Source of the DNA: Orbicella franksi
Taxonomy: Eukaryota
NCBI GenBank assembly: GCA_964199315.1
Contig: OZ116706.1
Span: 13,578,001 to 13,642,000 of the forward strand
Reading direction: 5' to 3'
Length of the DNA stretch: 64,000 nucleotides
The notes beneath the pieces are model-generated. The model was not told the origin of the DNA, searched no databases, and saw nothing but the letters and a program-made list of their open reading frames with translations. The position numbers and the translations under genes were made by a program. Shown here piece by piece: positions 62,647 to 64,000 of the stretch; the stretch's first letter is position 1; the number at the start of each line of letters is the position of its first letter.

Positions 62647-63829
62647 ATGGATTACAACGCAAGCCGGCCTCGCTTCTTCGCTCAGCAACAATACCGATTA
62701 GAGGACGACGATTCCGTGGACTTAAGCCTCATGTAAGTGCAGTTTCATTTATTTATTAAACCAGTTAAAGACTTTTGAACAAATGTTCTGTTTTACTCTT
62801 AATAAAATCTTAATAGCCATGTTTTCATAAGCATGCTTTCTGTTCGATAGCAACAACTTAAACCAAAGATTTGCCGGAGCAGTACCCGTAACGATTAACC
62901 AGCCACAAACGCCTTTCCGCAGTGGACAACTCTTTCATTTCCCACCACACAGCCAGACCTTTTACCGTCCTGCTGCATTTCAACCGAGCGACAGTCCACC
63001 ACAAAGCAACAACAGCTCCCTAGTATCGCGAACCCCATCACCAGGGCCTGAGACTTCATCCGCTAACTCAAGCCGGGTCAGTAAAACAAGTTCCGAAGGC
63101 AAAAAGAAGACCAAATTAAAGGCGTCTGACTGGACAGAAGACGAAACTCGTGAGATGCTGGAAGTATGGGGGCCACGGTACAGCAAGCTACGCAGTGCGT
63201 CCAACAAAGAAAGGATTAAGATATGGAATGAAATTTTTATCGCATACAAGGAAAGCTGTCCTGAGAGCGAAAGAACTTTGCCGCAGGTAAAGAAACGCCA
63301 GCAAAATCTCGAGTACGAGTATAAGCTTTTAAAGCAACGCTCTCAGTCGACCGGCGAAGCGGAGTTTAAGAAAATCAAAGAGGGGTTTCCATACTTCGAC
63401 TTTTTCGACGACATGATGGGTCATCGCGATAGCGTTGACCCATCCAAAATGGCACTCGAAGGCTCTTCCACGTTTGCCTTCGAAGAAGGCAGCAGCACAT
63501 CACTCTCTCCACAAGGAAGCGTGGCCGACACAGAAAACATGGAAAATGAATTCGAAACTGCGACGCCCAATGAAGGAGTGAAACGAAAGGCAACTGATAA
63601 GCCAGCGAAATCTGGCAGCAAAGGAAAGAAGAGACGTGATGAGCAAACAGCGACGTCTGAGTGGCAGACAAGTTTTCTACAACTTATGGAACGAAGCATA
63701 GAGCAAGATAACATACGATTTGAACGTTCCGCAGAAATGCTTCGGGAATCACAGAGGAATCAGTTGGAACAAACAAATGCAATTCTCGCAGGGTTTAAGG
63801 ACATTTTCAAAGATTTGGTGTCAAAGTAA
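62647..63829 (+). CDS. Two-exon Myb/SANT-like (trihelix/MADF-type) DNA-binding protein, 354 aa; exons 62647-62732 and 62851-63829
   Basis: ATG at 62647, GTAAGT donor at 62733 and TTCGATAG acceptor at 62850. The phase-2 splice is in frame with WTEDETREMLEVW...IWNEI...RTLPQVKKRQQNLEYEYK...FPYFDFFDDMMG and a C-terminal coiled coil. No internal stops. Confidence 0.82.
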
Positions 63830-64000
63830 ATCAGTGCACATATTTGATGTTCTAAAAAGGAGACAGTTGTATTAATTCTAATTATATATATATTTGTTAC
63901 TGTTCTGCTGTTTTGTTGTTGCCTGTATCGGCAAGTTTATATGTTTATATGACATTTTGGTGCTACACATAGCATTCGTTAACAAGTAAAACCTGCAGTT

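Overview
AT-rich eukaryotic DNA, almost entirely nested and decayed transposable elements. The repeat families look like those of stony corals or other hexacorals; this is pattern recognition, not a search result. No rRNA, tRNA gene or CRISPR array is supported. Main architecture: (1) a degenerate Gypsy LTR element (66-5101) and a SINE inserted about 12 bp apart in a 33-bp repeat array. (2) A large L1/Tx1-type LINE (about 10.0-27.3 kb) whose ORF1 lies inverted. It is split by an apparently endonuclease-less Penelope-like element (itself carrying two nested MITEs), a 3.5-kb DD37E IS630/Tc1/mariner transposon, and a young Gypsy element. (3) Relics of BEL/Pao, hAT, Helitron/Helentron, DIRS (two), rve-integrase-like, piggyBac, Penelope, Academ-like and Harbinger-like elements. 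(4) A pseudogenised multi-pass membrane protein gene and an intact two-exon Myb/SANT-like gene. The best candidate for an undescribed system is the DD37E transposon at 18307-21797. Besides an open transposase ORF, it carries a convergent second gene of about 503 reconstructed codons with a PB1-like domain, Cys/His zinc motifs, a coiled coil, a UIM-like motif and a C-terminal AAxxLLxL motif. All junctions, TSDs and mismatch counts were read by eye and may be off by a few bases.
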